A stretch of DNA of 64,000 bases from Chrysemys picta bellii (GCF_011386835.1 NC_088807.1:1922001-1986000), one strand, 5' to 3'. Shown: positions 48,400 to 61,800, numbered from the stretch's first letter. Numbers and translations: made by a program. Notes: generated by a model not told the origin, from the sequence alone.

Positions 48400-49700
48400 T
48401 TGGGGTGTGGCGAGGGGGGGGTAGCTCCTCCCCCCGGCTCAAAGCCGCACCAGCCGCTGCCCGCAGCCCCCCAAGGGCCCGGCCCGGGACAGGACCAGCC
48501 CGGCCCCATGCGAGCGCCAGGCGGGGGGGGGGGTCCTTTCTGCCGGGAGCCCACGGAGAGGGGCCATGGTCGGGCCTCAGTTTCCCTCCGGGTTTCTCGA
48601 CCGCTTCTCTCCTTTCCCCCCGCGGCCCCGGCTAAGCCGCCCGCCCGGCTCCTCCCCAGGCCGGCGGCCCCCGAGCTCCCGCCCGGTCCATCCTCTTCTC
48701 GCCCCGCGGTCGGGGGGCTGCGAGCCCCGGGCCCCGCCCCAGCCCGCTCTCACCTCCGGGCGACGCGGCGCCTCTCCCCGGCCCCGGCCCGGGCCCCCAC
48801 TCGCTCGTGCCCGAATCCGCCGGCTCGGAGGCGGCCCCGGGATCCGCGGTGGTTCTGCCGAGCCAGGCGAACCCGGCCCCGCCCGTGGGCAGGAAGCGCC
48901 CCGGCCCGGCCCCTGCCCACGCCCAGGGAAGGGGGCGGCCCCCAGCCACGCTCCCCGGAGCTCTTCATCCCCCATCACATATTCATGGGGCTGAGGCGGC
49001 TCCGGGCGCTGCAGGAAACGCTCCGGCCCCGGGGGGGCCGCCCCCGTCCGCACCCCCAGCCCGGCCCGGGGTCGCCTCTTGGCTCTCAGCCTCCCGGGTT
49101 TGGCCCCGGCCGCCGCCCGCCGCCCCTTAGTCTGGACGCGTTTCCCCGGCGCCGGGCGGGGCGGGGAGAGATGCGGGTTTGGCCATCCAGGGAGCCGGGA
49201 GTCTCCTCCGGGCCGGGGCGGGCGCAGCGCCCGTCCCCGGGTCAAAGCAACGGCGAAGGTCCCGCCGGGTTCCTGCCCCCGGCCCCGCTCTCTTCTGGGG
49301 GTCAAAATCCAGCCCGGGGCCTTGCCACAGCGCGCGGCGCAGGAGGAGGAGGACCCGCGCCTTGTGGGGAAACTGAGGCAGGGAGCGAGGCGCGCGCTTG
49401 CCAAGGGCTCGAGCAGAGGATGACAGAGCCCGGGCGGCACCCGGGGCCCGGCCAGGGTCAAGCTGAACCAATTGGCCGCAGCCGAGCCCCCCCCTACAAA
49501 ACTGCTCCTGCCCCGGCCCTGCCTGGCGCCCCGGGGCCACGTGCGATGGGCACCCACGGAGCAGGGCCAGGGGGACCCTGGGGACCCTGGTCCTGACGGC
49601 GGGGCCCAGGCACACGCCGACGTTTATTCTCACGCTGCAGCAGCTGCGAGAAAGAGGAAGTGGGGGGGGGGGCGGTCCCGGCCTTTACAACACACACAAG
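48400..49700. promoter_or_regulatory. CpG island, possible B3GNT8 promoter / non-coding first exon
   Basis: CpG-dense and non-repetitive; lies upstream of B3GNT8, whose coding exon has an acceptor. Assignment is inference. Confidence 0.4.
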
Positions 49701-51214
49701 GTTTCCGGATTGCAACTTGTGGTGCAGAAGTTGGGGTCTCAACCGCCCCCCGCTCCACCAGCCGGCGCGAGGTTCCCACCGCGGGGAGATACCACCCCCC
49801 CCCCCCGCAGCGAGGGGCAGCGTAGGGGAGGCTTAGCCCCCCCCGGCCTTTGATACCCCCCATGACCGCCCCCCCCCCGCAGCCAGAACCCTGAACCCCC
49901 ACCCCAGAGCCCTCCCAGCCCCTGGCCCAGCCCCCGACAGCTTCAGGGGTGAGGGGCAGCGTGGGGGAGGCTTAGCCCCCCCCGGCCTTTGATACCTCCC
50001 CCATGACACCCCCCCGCACGGCAGGCGGCCCACAACCTGCCCTTTGCAAAGCCCAGGGGGCCACAGCAGGAGAATCCTACGGGTCCAGGCTGGGGCCCAC
50101 GGAGCAGCCCAGCCTGTCGCTCGCCCCCCAAGAGAGCTCGTGTGGCCAGCGCCAGGGCGGGGACAGACGGATGAACACCGGGGCTGGGAGAACCCTCCCG
50201 TGGCGGCAGCGAGCGTCCACACTGCAGCCGTGCCATCGAAGCGTGTGAAGCGGCACCGAAGCCCTGAGGGGGGCGGGAGGAAGGGCTGTGAAATTGCGAG
50301 TAGGGACATCTGACTTCCCCGAACACACCCGCCGGCGTCACCCGGGCCACGAACAGGCAGCAGCTTGAAAGCGAACCGGGGGACTGACTTCACCCGACAA
50401 CCTGCAGAACTCCTCGCCAGGGGATGATGGGAGGTAGAACTGGGTTCAAAGAAGAACGAGATCAGTTCCTGGAGGGCAGGGCCATGCACGGCTCTTAGCC
50501 ACGATGGTCAGGGAGGTAGGCCCGTGCTTTGGGTGTCCCCAAGCCTCAGGCTGCCCCCAGCTGGGACTGGACATCAGGGGCCGGGTCACTCGCTAACTGC
50601 CCTGTTCTGGTCATTCCCTCTGAAGCGGCCAGCGGCGGGCACGGTCAGAGACAGGACCCTGACCCAGCCTGTTCTCCAGCCCCTGAGGGCTTCAAATCCA
50701 GAGCGGGGGGGTGAGAGACTTGGGCCAAACAGGCGTCCTGCCACAGGGGCCGTGGGGTGACCCAGCAGGTCCAACTGGCCGTACAGGCCAGGTGAGGACA
50801 ACCTGGCGGCCCCTTCGCCCCAGGGGGGGTGAGGCAGCCGACATCCCGCAGGAAACACCGCCCCCCTTCCTTCTAACGCAGCCCGGCCCCCCACCACCAA
50901 ACCGACGCAGGATCAGCCCCCAAACCCCCTGCCAAGGAAAGGACAACGCGCTGGCCGGGGGCAGGCTGGGCTCCCTCCTCCCCCACCCACAACCCCCCGG
51001 GCCCCAGCGTCGGGAGGTGAGTTAGGAGGCCAGGGGCTGAGGCACCCGGGGGGCAGCGATCGCTCCCGGCCTGGGCTCCGGCCAGACAGGCACCCGGAGG
51101 CGATAACAGGGCTTGAACCAGGAACCTGCTGCTAAAAATAAACAGCCTGTCAACGCTTCCCCTCCGCCGGAGCCAGCGGTGTCTAGTTCTGCCTTGGCTG
51201 GTGGGGGGGGAGGG

Positions 51215-51325
51215 GGCTGGGAGCCAGGACTCCTGGGTTCCATCCCCAGCTCTGGGAGGGGAGTGGGGTCTAGTGGTTAGAGCAGGGGAGGCTGGAAGCC
51301 AGGACTCCTGGGTTCTCTCCCCAGC
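51215..51325 (+). repeat. Family A units
   Basis: Two units. Confidence 0.8.
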
Positions 51326-52237
51326 TTGAGAACGGACTCAACAAATCACTCCTTGCTGGGCCCAGGGTGCTCACGAGGGGGCTGTGGTGAGGCTCAGAGA
51401 CTCTGGGGTCGGGTGCCCCCAGCCACCGCCACAGACCGAGCGGCAGGACCGTGCCAGCCCCTTTCCCCCGGGCGCGAGCTGCTGGACGCGCTCCAGGCTC
51501 CTCCACTCAAACCCCAAACCACCAGCTGCAAAAACGCCCAAGGGCTTTCAGAACCCACCCCCAAGCCTGCGCCAGGCTCGGCACGCAGGCGCCAGGCACC
51601 CAGCAGGCAGCTCCCTTGGGCAGCTGATGCCCGAGACAAAAGCTAACAGGGAACAGAAGCTTTCCAGCAGCTAATGGGCTCCCTCGGGGGCAGAGACACG
51701 TGGACAGATCATTCGTCACCCGCTGCGGCTGGCGCGCGGCCCGGCCACCTGGCAGGGGCAGGCGAGAGACACTTCTCCCCAGGCGCCGTCCTGCCGGCGG
51801 CACCATGCCGGGCGACGGGCACCAGGGATCGGAGCCCTGGCTGGAGGGACAGGGAGGGGAAATCAGAGCTGGTGTTGGACCCGCGTTGGAGCGAACACTG
51901 AGCTCTTCTTCGGGGCCCGTCCAGCGCGCCGGGAGGCTCCAAAGTACCTCTCCCCCCCAGCGCGCCGGGTGCAATAAATGCCGCACGGTTGTGCTCCGAG
52001 AACTTTCTCGGCCCAAAGCAAAAAAATCTTCCCTTCTCCCAGGTCCCTTCGAGCCGTTCCAGGCTCCCGGCCGGCCCCGACGCCGCCCAAACCAAACCAC
52101 CCCAGCCGGGGGGTTCGCCCGCTGAGCTGCAAAGGCCCCCAGCCTCCCGGCCGCTTCCATCCCGGTATCCCCAAGTTCTCCTGCCACTCGGGCCTCTCCC
52201 CGCAAACAAGGACGCGAGAGCAGCGCAGGGAGAGGCC

Positions 52238-52243
52238 TTTAAT
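52238..52243 (-). terminator. DMAC2: Probable DMAC2 polyA signal ATTAAA
   Basis: tttaat about 200 nt past the stop. Confidence 0.5.
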
Positions 52244-52444
52244 GACCACAGCGCGGTTCTGCCGATTGCAAGCCCTGTCCTACGGGAGACCAAAGCGGGG
52301 GGGGGCACGGACCGCCCAGCCACACCCACAAGTCTACGGCGACGCTGGGGTCCTTCGCGGTCCGTGATCGGAGAGTGCTGAGGGGAGCGCGGCTTGCGGC
52401 CATCTCTTCCCGCCCTCGTCGATCAGTGTCAGGGCACCCAGGCA

Positions 52445-52643
52445 TCAGGCAGGGATCTCCCCAGCTCTCCTGTCCCCGCTGGGGACGCCGGGCTCCTCCC
52501 TTCCGTCCCTGCTCGTCTGGGCACCAGCAGCCGGGGCCAGCCCCACCACCTCGCACCGGGGCAGCATCTCCTCCACCAAGATCCGGATCAGCCCTGGGGT
52601 GGGCACTGAGGGCAGGTGCGAGAGGTCGAGGCGCCGTAGGTTC
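52445..52643 (-). CDS. DMAC2: DMAC2 last exon ([34 protein letters not shown]...GEIPA*)
   Basis: Matches human NLRRLDISDLP...[14 protein letters not shown]; phase 2 acceptor; not in ORF track. Confidence 0.93.
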
Positions 52644-53187
52644 CTGGGGAGGGTGACGGGGAGAAGGGGTAAGAACGAAACAGAGCAACGCTGCTCCTAA
52701 TATCCCAGCTCCTCTGTGCGACAGACTGACTCAGCTCGAGACCCACCCAGCCCCCGCCGCCCCCATCCTCTCGCCAAGCGCCGCTGGCCCATAAGCCCAC
52801 GTCCTCCCCTCAACGGATGCTCGACGCAAGGGAAGAGAGTGTCCAGGGGCGGGGCAGGAATAACCATCACGCTCCCGGGCTCTTCCCCAGCGCACTCACC
52901 CGAGCAGCTCAAAACCCTTTATGGCTAATTAGCCGGGCCGCACAGCTCCACCACAACGCCCTCCCTCCCAGAGAGAGAAACTGAGGCACAGAGCGATAGT
53001 GAAAGTGAGGGATAGCGCCCAGGAGTTCTGACTCTCCCCTGCTCTAACCACTAGACCCCACTCCCTTCCTAGAGCTGAGGGTAGAACCCGGGCGTCCCTG
53101 CTCTAACCCCTAGCCCTCCCCTCCATCCTAAAGCCAGCCTCCGAACCCAGGTGCCCCGATTCCCCACCCCACGCTCTGACCACTCAC

Positions 53188-53350
53188 TCGAGTAGGTGGA
53201 GACAAGCCAGCCCCCGCTCCGTGACCTGGGGGCACCCAGCCAGCGAGAGCTCCTCCAGGCTGTCCTTGAAGACCTGCAGCCGGGTTAGGGTCCAGTCGTC
53301 AACGTGGGGGCAGCGGCTCAGGTCCAGGGATTTCAGCGCCGTCAGCTTCA
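53188..53350 (-). CDS. DMAC2: DMAC2 exon 5, LRR-like ([53 protein letters not shown])
   Basis: 163 nt, CAG acceptor / GTGAGT donor; not in ORF track. Confidence 0.95.
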
Positions 53351-55305
53351 CTGCAGGTGCGGAAAGGGAAAGGAGGATGGAGCCGGGGACCCCAAGCCTG
53401 GTGGCAGCCGGCCAGCTCCCCCCCCCCCAGCCCCAATCTCGTTACCCGCCCTTAGTGAGTTCTTCCAAGGTGACCCCCGGAACTTGAATTTTGCCTCCTC
53501 CCACAGGAGGTGGCGCTTCCCAACCTACCTCTCGCCCGGCGCCCGCGCCCCAGCAACGGCAGGCGCTCAGCCGCTCTGGAAACCCGCCCCTTTTGTCTGT
53601 CGCCTGAACGTGCACTCCAGGGCCTAGCAGCGAATAGGTCCAACGGCCGGAGACGGGGCACTAGACAGGGAGGGCTGTGAGCTAATTCTTCCCCAGGTGT
53701 CTGGCTGGCGGGTCTCACCCACATGCTCCAGGTCTAACTGATCGCCAGATTTGGGGTCAGGAAGGAATCCTCCACCACCACCACCAGGTCGGCTCGGCAG
53801 AGACCCTGGCAGGTTTTCCCTTCCTCAGCCAGAGTGGGTGAGGGTCTGTGGCCTGCAACAGGAGGTCAGACTAGATGCTCCCTTCTGGCCTTGGTATCTC
53901 TGAGCCCACTATGCGCCCAGGCGAAGAAATGCCGGCCAAGGGTGGTGGAGGAGGTGGGGAATCGTAACTTGATGCAACACAGGCCTCAAAGATCCGTTTG
54001 GCTGCTACCAGCAACCTGAAAAGTAATCTCTGCGAACTACAACGTGGCCAGATATTCAACATCCACAAGGAAAGCCCCGATTCCTTCTCTCTCCTCCCGC
54101 AACTCCGGTCAGAGGCTGGTGGGTGAAATACAAGTTCCAGGGCAATATATACCAAACCCTCGTTTTTAGGAGAGGCACCGAGAGACGTAAGCCGGGGCAC
54201 TGGGTTCTCTCGAGCGTTGGAAGAACTCGGTTTCGATCAGCACAGGTCGATTTCACCAGATGCGATGATCAACACGCAGAGCTCGGCAAAGTGCGAAAAA
54301 CGCTGCTCGAGCGTTCGATTGACAGCGAGTTACTTCGTCCGTTTTGACACGTGATGCTGCCAACGTGTGATTTAACGGTTCTAAAGCTTTAACTTCCATC
54401 TCAGCATTTCCTGCCATTAAGTAACCATCGTCTGATCCCCGCTTTGTCTGACCCCCCCAGAGTTTCCCACAACAGTAAACATTCACATCCAGTAAAAAAA
54501 ATTAAAAATGCTTAAAAATAACAATCGACCTTCTCCATCAAACTGATCAAATGAAACCCGAGTCCCGTGAGACACGCAGAACCGCGCAGCCGCCACGACC
54601 CCCGGTGATGTAGAGACCAGGAGACGAGCCAACGGCCTATTCCTGAGCTCAGCTGAGGGACGCTCAGAGACGGTGCAAGTGATGCACCGAATTCCCCAGC
54701 ACACAGCGGGGTGAAATGCTGCCCCCTGCGACTACACGAAGTGACAGAATCAGGCCCGGCGGCCGTGGGCGAGAACCAGAAACGAGCCAAGGGGTGGAGA
54801 AAATCCACCCCTCCCCCCCCCCGCAGCCAGAGACCAACCCAAACCTGGCTCCACTAATCAGAGACCAACCCCCGGAAATTAGGGGGCTGCGTCAGCTGAA
54901 GGAAGAGGGGCGGCCTCCTCCTGCCTCCTCTTTGTCTAGCGGCCGAGAAACTGATGAAAAGTCAAACTCCTCCCCAGTTCAAGTCTTGGCAAGTCCCCGC
55001 AGGGCTGATTTCGGCCCAGCATGCTGTGCGTCCCTTACAAGGGGAACCAGCTCTTCTAACGCGAGACGGGAGACCAGGACGGGGAAACGAAGAGCCACTG
55101 GCACAAACTGCTGGTTACCAGGTGGCTTAGCACCATTGCAACCAGGAGAGGTCCTAGCTGTGGCCCGCGGCCATTCTGCCCTGCATCCATAACAGGCACC
55201 ATAGCCCTGCCTTCTGGATGTTTTAAACTCCAAGTCCCCCGGCCAATGCTGGCCAAAACCACATCCGGTTTTGTCCCAGTACCGGATGGGCAAGGGGGCA
55301 AACCT

Positions 55306-55990
55306 CATAAGAACGGCCGTACTGGGTCAGACCAAAGGTCCATCTAGCCCAGTATCCTGTCTTCTGACAGTGGCCAATGCCAGGTGCCCCAGAGGGAGTG
55401 AACCTAACAGGTAATGATCAAGTGATCACTCTCCTGCCATCCATCTCCACCCTCTGACAAACAGAGGCTAGGGACACCATTCCTTACCCATCCTGGCTAA
55501 TAGCCATTAATGGACTTAACCTCCATGAATTTATCCAGTTCTCTTTTAAACCCTGTTATAGTCTTAGCCTTCACAACCTCCTCAGGCAAGGAGTTCCACA
55601 AGTTGACTGTGCGCTGTGTGAAGAACTTCCTTTTATTTGTTTTAAACCTGCTGTCCATTAATTTCATTTGGTGGCCCCTAGTTCTTGTATTATGGGAATA
55701 AGTAAATAACTTTTCCTTATCTACTTTCTCCACACCACTCATGATTTTATATACCTCTATCATATCCCCCTTAGTCTCCTCTTTTCCAGGCTGAAAAGTC
55801 CTAGCCTCTTTAATCTCTCCTCCTATGGGACCCGTTCCAAACCCCTAATCATTTTAGAAAAGGTTCAGAGAAGGGCAACTAATGCCAGTATACCTTTTTT
55901 GAGATGAGGAGACCTCATCGGTACGCAGTATTCAAGATGTGGGCGTACCATGGATTTATAGAAGGGCAATAAGATATTCTCGGTCTTAAA
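55306..55990 (-). mobile_element. CR1 LINE 3' portion (different subfamily), with a 21-bp microinversion
   Basis: MIEVYKIMSGVEKVDKEKLF...RTRGH.MKL and LLPFYKSMVRPHLEYC motifs. Confidence 0.95.
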
Positions 55991-57209
55991 GAAGAGGGCA
56001 GTCTGGCTTAATACCTGACACGCTGCCGGGAGCCCAGATCTGCAGCACGCTTTCCAGGTTTGCTGTGCTGTTTTTAACCCCTCAGCATGAGCCCAAGTCA
56101 GTTGACCCAGGCTCTGAGATTCAGCACCACGGGTTCTCCTTTGCAGTGTGGACACACCCTGAGGGGCTCATGTACTCACAGGACTCCAGGCGCTGGGGCT
56201 TTAAGGACATCACCAAACCTTGCCAGACTCGCTGGCAATAATGAGTCCTCAACAAGATCAGTCCCAAAGTGACCGCTAAACACCGGATCTCTGTGTAACC
56301 TGAGACCTGGTCTCCACAGATGGCAGCTTTGTGTCTTTGGACACATCTGATTATTTCAGACTAATGCAGACGGATGGATTAGGTTAATCAAATCATTGCC
56401 TGAGATAGCAGCTGCTTCCGATTGCCAGGAAATGGACACGCCCTCCCTCCAGCCGTGCGTTACGAAGGCTCTCACAGCGAGGTACACACCCCTTCAACAC
56501 AGCCACCGGGAACTGCCCGGAAGGCAAAAGCACCTGCAATTTACTAAAGCTAGTCCAAGCACCAGGCAACGGGCCACCCAGCCGCACACCATGGCTCCAG
56601 GCCTGCCTTTGGATCCACCACGGCAGACGCCGGGACCAACACGCACCAGCCGCGGGATCGTGGCCCCGGCCACTCGCGGAAAAGACGGGTACAAGGCAAA
56701 CACCGGGGGAATCGGGTTCTTAGACAAATGAGTCAGGACAGGGATCGCTGGCCTGTGAAATGGGTCTTTGCGGAGCTACTACAACGACAGCACCCAAGTT
56801 GTAAGAGCAGGAGAATGCTAAGCCAGACACAGCAGTGACCTCCCGGAAATCAGAGAAGAGAAAAGGGCTTTTCTCCCCACCTCACCCTTCTTTGCTCTCT
56901 GGGGTTCTGGCCAGCGACTCCGGCAGGCAGGTTACAGCCACTTCCCGTGGAAGACGATTTCTCAGCCTAAGAAACCCTCAGCACCAGAGTTTACCCAGAT
57001 CCTCAACCTCCACCTTCCTTGGCTTCCCCTTGTCCATTAAGAACGCGATGTCTCCATTGTGAGCCCAGAGAGGAGCCCGCTACATTACTGCCTCGGACGG
57101 GCTCCCAGCCAGGGCACGGGATAAAATATTAAAAGGCACAGGAAGCATGAAGGCAAAGGCCAAAGTGGATTTCAACAGCTCAAAAATGGTGATGCTGAAA
57201 CGGATGACT

Positions 57210-57640
57210 AGATTGTAAGAGAGCGTGTGATCAGCTGGTCTGACCTTCCGCGTGCCACGGGCCAGAAAACGGCAGAGCCTTTAAACACACACACCACCTG
57301 GACTTCAAAATGAGCAGGGCTGGAGAATCCAACACCCCCACTTGGGAAACTGCTCTAGTAAATTACCCTCCCTGTGACAAATCCACACCTCCGTTCCAGG
57401 CTGAATTCATCTGGTTTCAACGTCCAACCACGGGCCGTGTCCCACCTTCCTCAGCGAGATTGAAGAGCTCGTTATGAAATCGCCGCTTCCCGTATAGATA
57501 CTTACAGGCTAACGGCAACACCTCTGAACCTTCTCTTTGTTAAGCTCAATAGGCCGAGATCAGAGAGTCTGTCACTCCAAGGCAGGTTTTCTAACCCTTC
57601 GATCGTTCTCTTGGCCTCTTTGGGGACCCCTCTCCCATTG
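57210..57640 (-). mobile_element. Old, degenerate CR1-like fragment
   Basis: Residual similarity to the CR1 3' region (cttgggaaactgctc...ttaccctc...tccaggctgaatt). Confidence 0.45.
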
Positions 57641-58644
57641 ATCAACCTCCTTCCTGACTGGTGGGCACCAGAAGGGGACGCTGGGTCCCAGCAGTGGTCA
57701 CGCCAGGGCCAGACACGGGGAAAATAACCGCTCTGCTCCGACGGGAGATTCCCCGGTTTATGCAGCCCACGACAGCATTAGCCCTTGTGGCCCCAGCGCC
57801 AGGCTGGGAATCACATCAGCAGATAAATAGATTGGTACGTCCCCGAATCATCCAGCATCAGTACGGCACCCTGGGATTAGTTAGTATGAAAATGGCCTGG
57901 CCTGTCACTTCCCTGACACACGGCCGCTGTCTGAACCTTTCAGTACCAGCCTTAAAGACAAGAAGGGACGGACAGTCTCTGCCTCCAACTAGCAATCCAC
58001 TCCTCCCAATACGGTCTACAAATTAGACCATATGCTCTATGGGGCAGAGATCGCCTGTGTGTTTGTACAGCGTCTAGCACCATGGGGACCTGGGCCCTGG
58101 CGCAGGTGCCTAGGCACTACTGTCGTATAAATGAATAATGATAGCACCCTGGGATTCTCAGAGGAGAGAAGCATTTCCGCTGCTGTTACAGTAAATGTCT
58201 AATCTTTTCTCAAATGTACTAATCTAGTTCTTCCAAGGATATCCTGCAGCAGTGAGTTCCACAGGTTAACTGTTTGTGGCCTGAGAAGCGCTCACTCCAC
58301 GGAGGTGTCCTGGGGACATTCAAGAGCTCTGGGATGAGGGAAATCAGCAAAACTTATCACCCCCGGCTTCATCCTTTGATCTCAAAGCTCTTTACAAAGG
58401 AGGTCGGGATCACGATTCCCATTTTACAGATGGGGAAATGGAGGCACCAACACAGCAGCAGAGCTGGGAACAGAACCCAGGTCTCCTGAGTCCCAGTCGG
58501 GGGCTCTATCCACTAGCCCGCACTGCCTCCTCCACAAGAAAAGCCACTCTCTGAGCCCTAGCATTTCTGCGCTTCAGAGCGCCCTCAGCTGCGCCAAAGA
58601 TCCCCCAGACAAATGCCCTCTGCGGAAGTCCATCGATTTCTCAC

Positions 58645-58784
58645 CTAGGTTATCCAGCCCGTTGTAGTTCAACACAGAGCCCGCGAGGTCGATGGCCACC
58701 ACAGGCACGTCTTGGAGCTCTACGAAATCGTAGCTGAAATTCCCGCGCCGGTCCACACACAACCAGGTCTCCTGGCCTTGAAAC
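58645..58784 (-). CDS. DMAC2: DMAC2 exon 4 (FQGQETWLCVDRRGNFSYDFVELQDVPVVAIDLAGSVLNYNGLDNL)
   Basis: 140 nt; VPV.A.D...NY.GLDNL motif; phases fit. Confidence 0.94.
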
Positions 58785-58891
58785 CTGGAAGGAGAAACAC
58801 CAGCAGTAGGAGAACTGAAGAACCGGGACTTTGCCAAGGAGATTCCCAGGCCAGACCCACATCCCCGAGGCTTGGCTGAGAGCGTCAATAC

Positions 58892-58972
58892 CTCACTCTT
58901 CCTCTGTGGGACAGGACGAAGTAGGCGGCGGCAGCGTTGTCTCCGTAGATGCCCTTGATGTAACCGCAGTAC
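58892..58972 (-). CDS. DMAC2: DMAC2 exon 3 (YCGYIKGIYGDNAAAAYFVLSHRGRVR)
   Basis: 81 nt, phase 2-2; YG..AAA.F.L motif. Confidence 0.92.
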
Positions 58973-59879
58973 CTGGCAAAATGGGGGAGGGGAGGGAAGA
59001 AAGGATCACAACATTTTTCAACACGAAAATGGTGCTTTTCAAGGACTATTATTATTATTTAACCTCTGACCCGGAGCAGGCCCCTGGCGTGCTTGGAGCT
59101 GTACACATGCAGCCCCTGCTCCAAAGAGGTTACGCTCGACTAGAAATTTTGCCCAGAAATATGCACACGGAGCCCGTTGGTTTTAACCCGTGCAGGTCCA
59201 GAACGTGTAAATGGATAAGAGGAGCATGAACAGGTTTTTTTGCTCTGCGTTCGTGCAGCGCCTGGCACAGCGGGGCCCTGATCCACGACGGGGGCTCCCA
59301 GTGCTACAGTAACAACAAACAATAGGGTTTGGACTCAAACAACCATCCCAAAGTTAAAAACCACTGGAGAACGAAGTCCCAACAGCCAGGCCAGCTTCTC
59401 TCCCACACTCTGCCAGGACCAGAGCAACCTGGAGACTTAATGACTCGTGAGCCGCTAGAACCGGACAGAGACCCAGAAAACCCACTGACCGCGCCATCCG
59501 CTGGTAACAGCTTCTAACCTTGGGTGCAGGCCAAGCCAGCTGCAAACGGCTCTGCAGCTCAGATGCAAGTCCCCTGCACCAGGTCTCGAACCTGGGCCCA
59601 CAAGGTTCACAGATGCAGCCACGTTCCAACCCTCCCCTTGCCTGGCATCCCGACCCAGCTCAGCTCCTGGTGCCTGGCTTGTAGTTCCCGACCTCCAGTT
59701 TGTCTCCTGCCCTGCCCCTCTGGTCTCCTGACCCTGCTTCCCAACTTGTGACTTCAGACGCTGGCGCCGACTACTAGGTCAGACTGCCCACGACCCAGTC
59801 ATAACAGCTGCGCCTTTGAGTTCGGAGCGCTCCTGAGAAGTGCCACAGAAGGGCTACGTAGTCTTCTTTACAATAGGGC

Positions 59880-60290
59880 CGGGCAGGGATGGTTTTCAGG
59901 CCCTGGGAGAATTTTTGAGATCTGGAAAACGTTTCTCATACAGAATCGAGACAAAAGGGCAAAATCTCCAACACTTTCGCGAGCAGACAAACCGAACAGA
60001 AACATGCGGTTTGGCTCGGTGGAAACGTTCTCTTACGTCAGAGACATTTTGCTTCAATTTTGACCTTTTTACTTTTCTTTTAGTATCAATTAAGTTACGT
60101 TTCTAGACCAAAAAGTTGCTTCCAAACGAAAAAAATGAAACTTGCCAATTCAAAAGGTTTTTCCAGCATTTTTGTCCTGCTAGGAAATTCATCAAAACTG
60201 ACCCTTTCCCATGAACAGCTTCGGTTAAAAAATAAAAAAATTGGCATTTTTCACTCAAAAAAAATACCAAAAAATTCCCCACCTAGCTCC
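59880..60290. mobile_element. AT-rich island, probable non-autonomous DNA transposon remnant
   Basis: Sharp drop in GC with A/T runs; termini not resolved. Confidence 0.35.
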
Positions 60291-60507
60291 GCTCTAGCTC
60301 TCCCATGAGCGGTTGGTTCTGCACGTCCCCCCGTAGGTACCTGGCAGTTCTTGGCTTCCATAACCGTCCCATTTACAATCATCAGACGCTCAGAAGTTTC
60401 TCTTTTCCAAGAAGTCAGTTGCTGGATCAAGTTCTAGCCATGCCTCTCCCCTCCCACCCCCCCGGCCCATTCTCGGTTGGGAACACGGAGACACGGGCTG
60501 TACGTAC

Positions 60508-60674
60508 GCGTTCTTCCTTCGCAGGTTTCTGTAGCGAAGCGTCTCGCTCCAGCCGACGAGGTATTCGACGTCATAGAACCGGTTGCAGAGGTACTGAAGG
60601 ATGCCGCCCTTTGAAGGGTCTGGGGAGGCGGCACTGCCGTACGGACGGCGGGCCAAGGCCCTGCATTGCTGGAG
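60508..60674 (-). CDS. DMAC2: DMAC2 exon 2 (LQQCRALARRPYGSAASPDPSKGGILQYLCNRFYDVEYLVGWSETLRYRNLRRKN)
   Basis: ILQYL.N.FYDVE matches DMAC2; TTGCAG acceptor (phase 0), GTACGT donor (phase 2). Confidence 0.92.
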
Positions 60675-61109
60675 CTGCAAGACACACGGTTAATCATGTG
60701 AACTCCCAGGTTGTCAATCGTATTTCTGAGGCCGGGAGCTTGGGGCCTGTCAGTGCAAACACCAGAATACAAAGAGACTCCTCTGCTAACAGAAGAGCCC
60801 AATTCCTCCCCATCCCGCCTCCTGGAGGGCTCTGCTGGTTCCAGGTTAAATGCGGCCTCTCTGCTCCCAGGGGTCGGAGCCTCACGCGTGCAGCAAAGCA
60901 CGCTGACCGGTGGCGGCCGCACAGGAGACAGTGACGGTCTGCTGGCTACGTCCTGTGTGATCGCACGGCACTGACTGGCACTGGATTTCACACCTCGGAC
61001 GGCGGCTCACAGTGTCACACCGGGAGACAACTCTGCCACTGCCGAAACAGCTGGATTCCCAGCCCGGGGGAACGGCTTTATACCTGCTTCTGATTTACAA
61101 GGTTCTTTA

Positions 61110-61800
61110 CCTGGGGAGTGGGAGCCAGGACACCTGGGTTCTAACCCCGGCTCTGGGAGTGGAGTGGGGTCTAGTGGTTAGAGCAGGGGGGGCTGGGAGC
61201 CAGGACTCCTGGGTTCTCTCCCCAGCTCTGGGGGGGGAGTGAGGTCTAGTGATTATAGCAGGGGGGCTGGGAGCCAGGACTCCTGGGTTCTCTCCCCAGC
61301 TCTGGGAGGGGAGTGGGGTCTAGTGGTTAGAGCGGGGGGGGCTGGGAGCCAGGACTCCTGGGTTCTATCCCGGCTCTGGAAGGGGAGTGGGGCCTAGCGG
61401 TTAAAGCAGCGGGGGCTGGGAGCCAGGACTCCTGGGTTCTAACCCCTGCTCTGGGAGGGGAGTGGGGTCTAGTGGTTAGAGCAGGGGGACTGGGAGCCAG
61501 GACTCCTGGGTTCTCTCCCCAGCTCTGGGAGGGGAGTAGGGTCTAGTGGTTAGAGCAGGGAGGCTGGGAGCCAGGACTCCTGGGTTCTCTCCCCAGCTCT
61601 GGGTGGGGAGCGGGGTCTAGTGGTTAGAGCAGGGGGGCTGGGAGCCAGGACTCCTGGGTTCTATGCCGGCTCTGGAAGGGGAGTGGGGCCTAGTGGTTAA
61701 AGCAGGGGGGACTAGGATTCAGGACTCCTGGGTTTCTTTCCCAGCTCTCGCACTTTGCCCTTTCCGTGCCTCAGTTTCCTCCGTGTATAATGAGGATAAT
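61110..61800 (+). repeat. Largest family A array (~9 units), ending in a MIR/CORE-like body
   Basis: Final unit continues gtgcctcagtttcctccgtgtataatgaggataat. Confidence 0.9.

Noticed and set aside
48304-49596. 430-aa and 326-aa ORFs
   Set aside because: Low-complexity Pro/Arg/Gly translation of a CpG island; no motif recognised
54123-54420. Possible transposase remnant ORF
   Set aside because: Similarity to a hAT C-terminus is too weak to support by eye
56120-56140. REST/NRSE site (TTCAGCACCACGG)
   Set aside because: Only the left half matches, and it appears to lie in a MITE-like repeat
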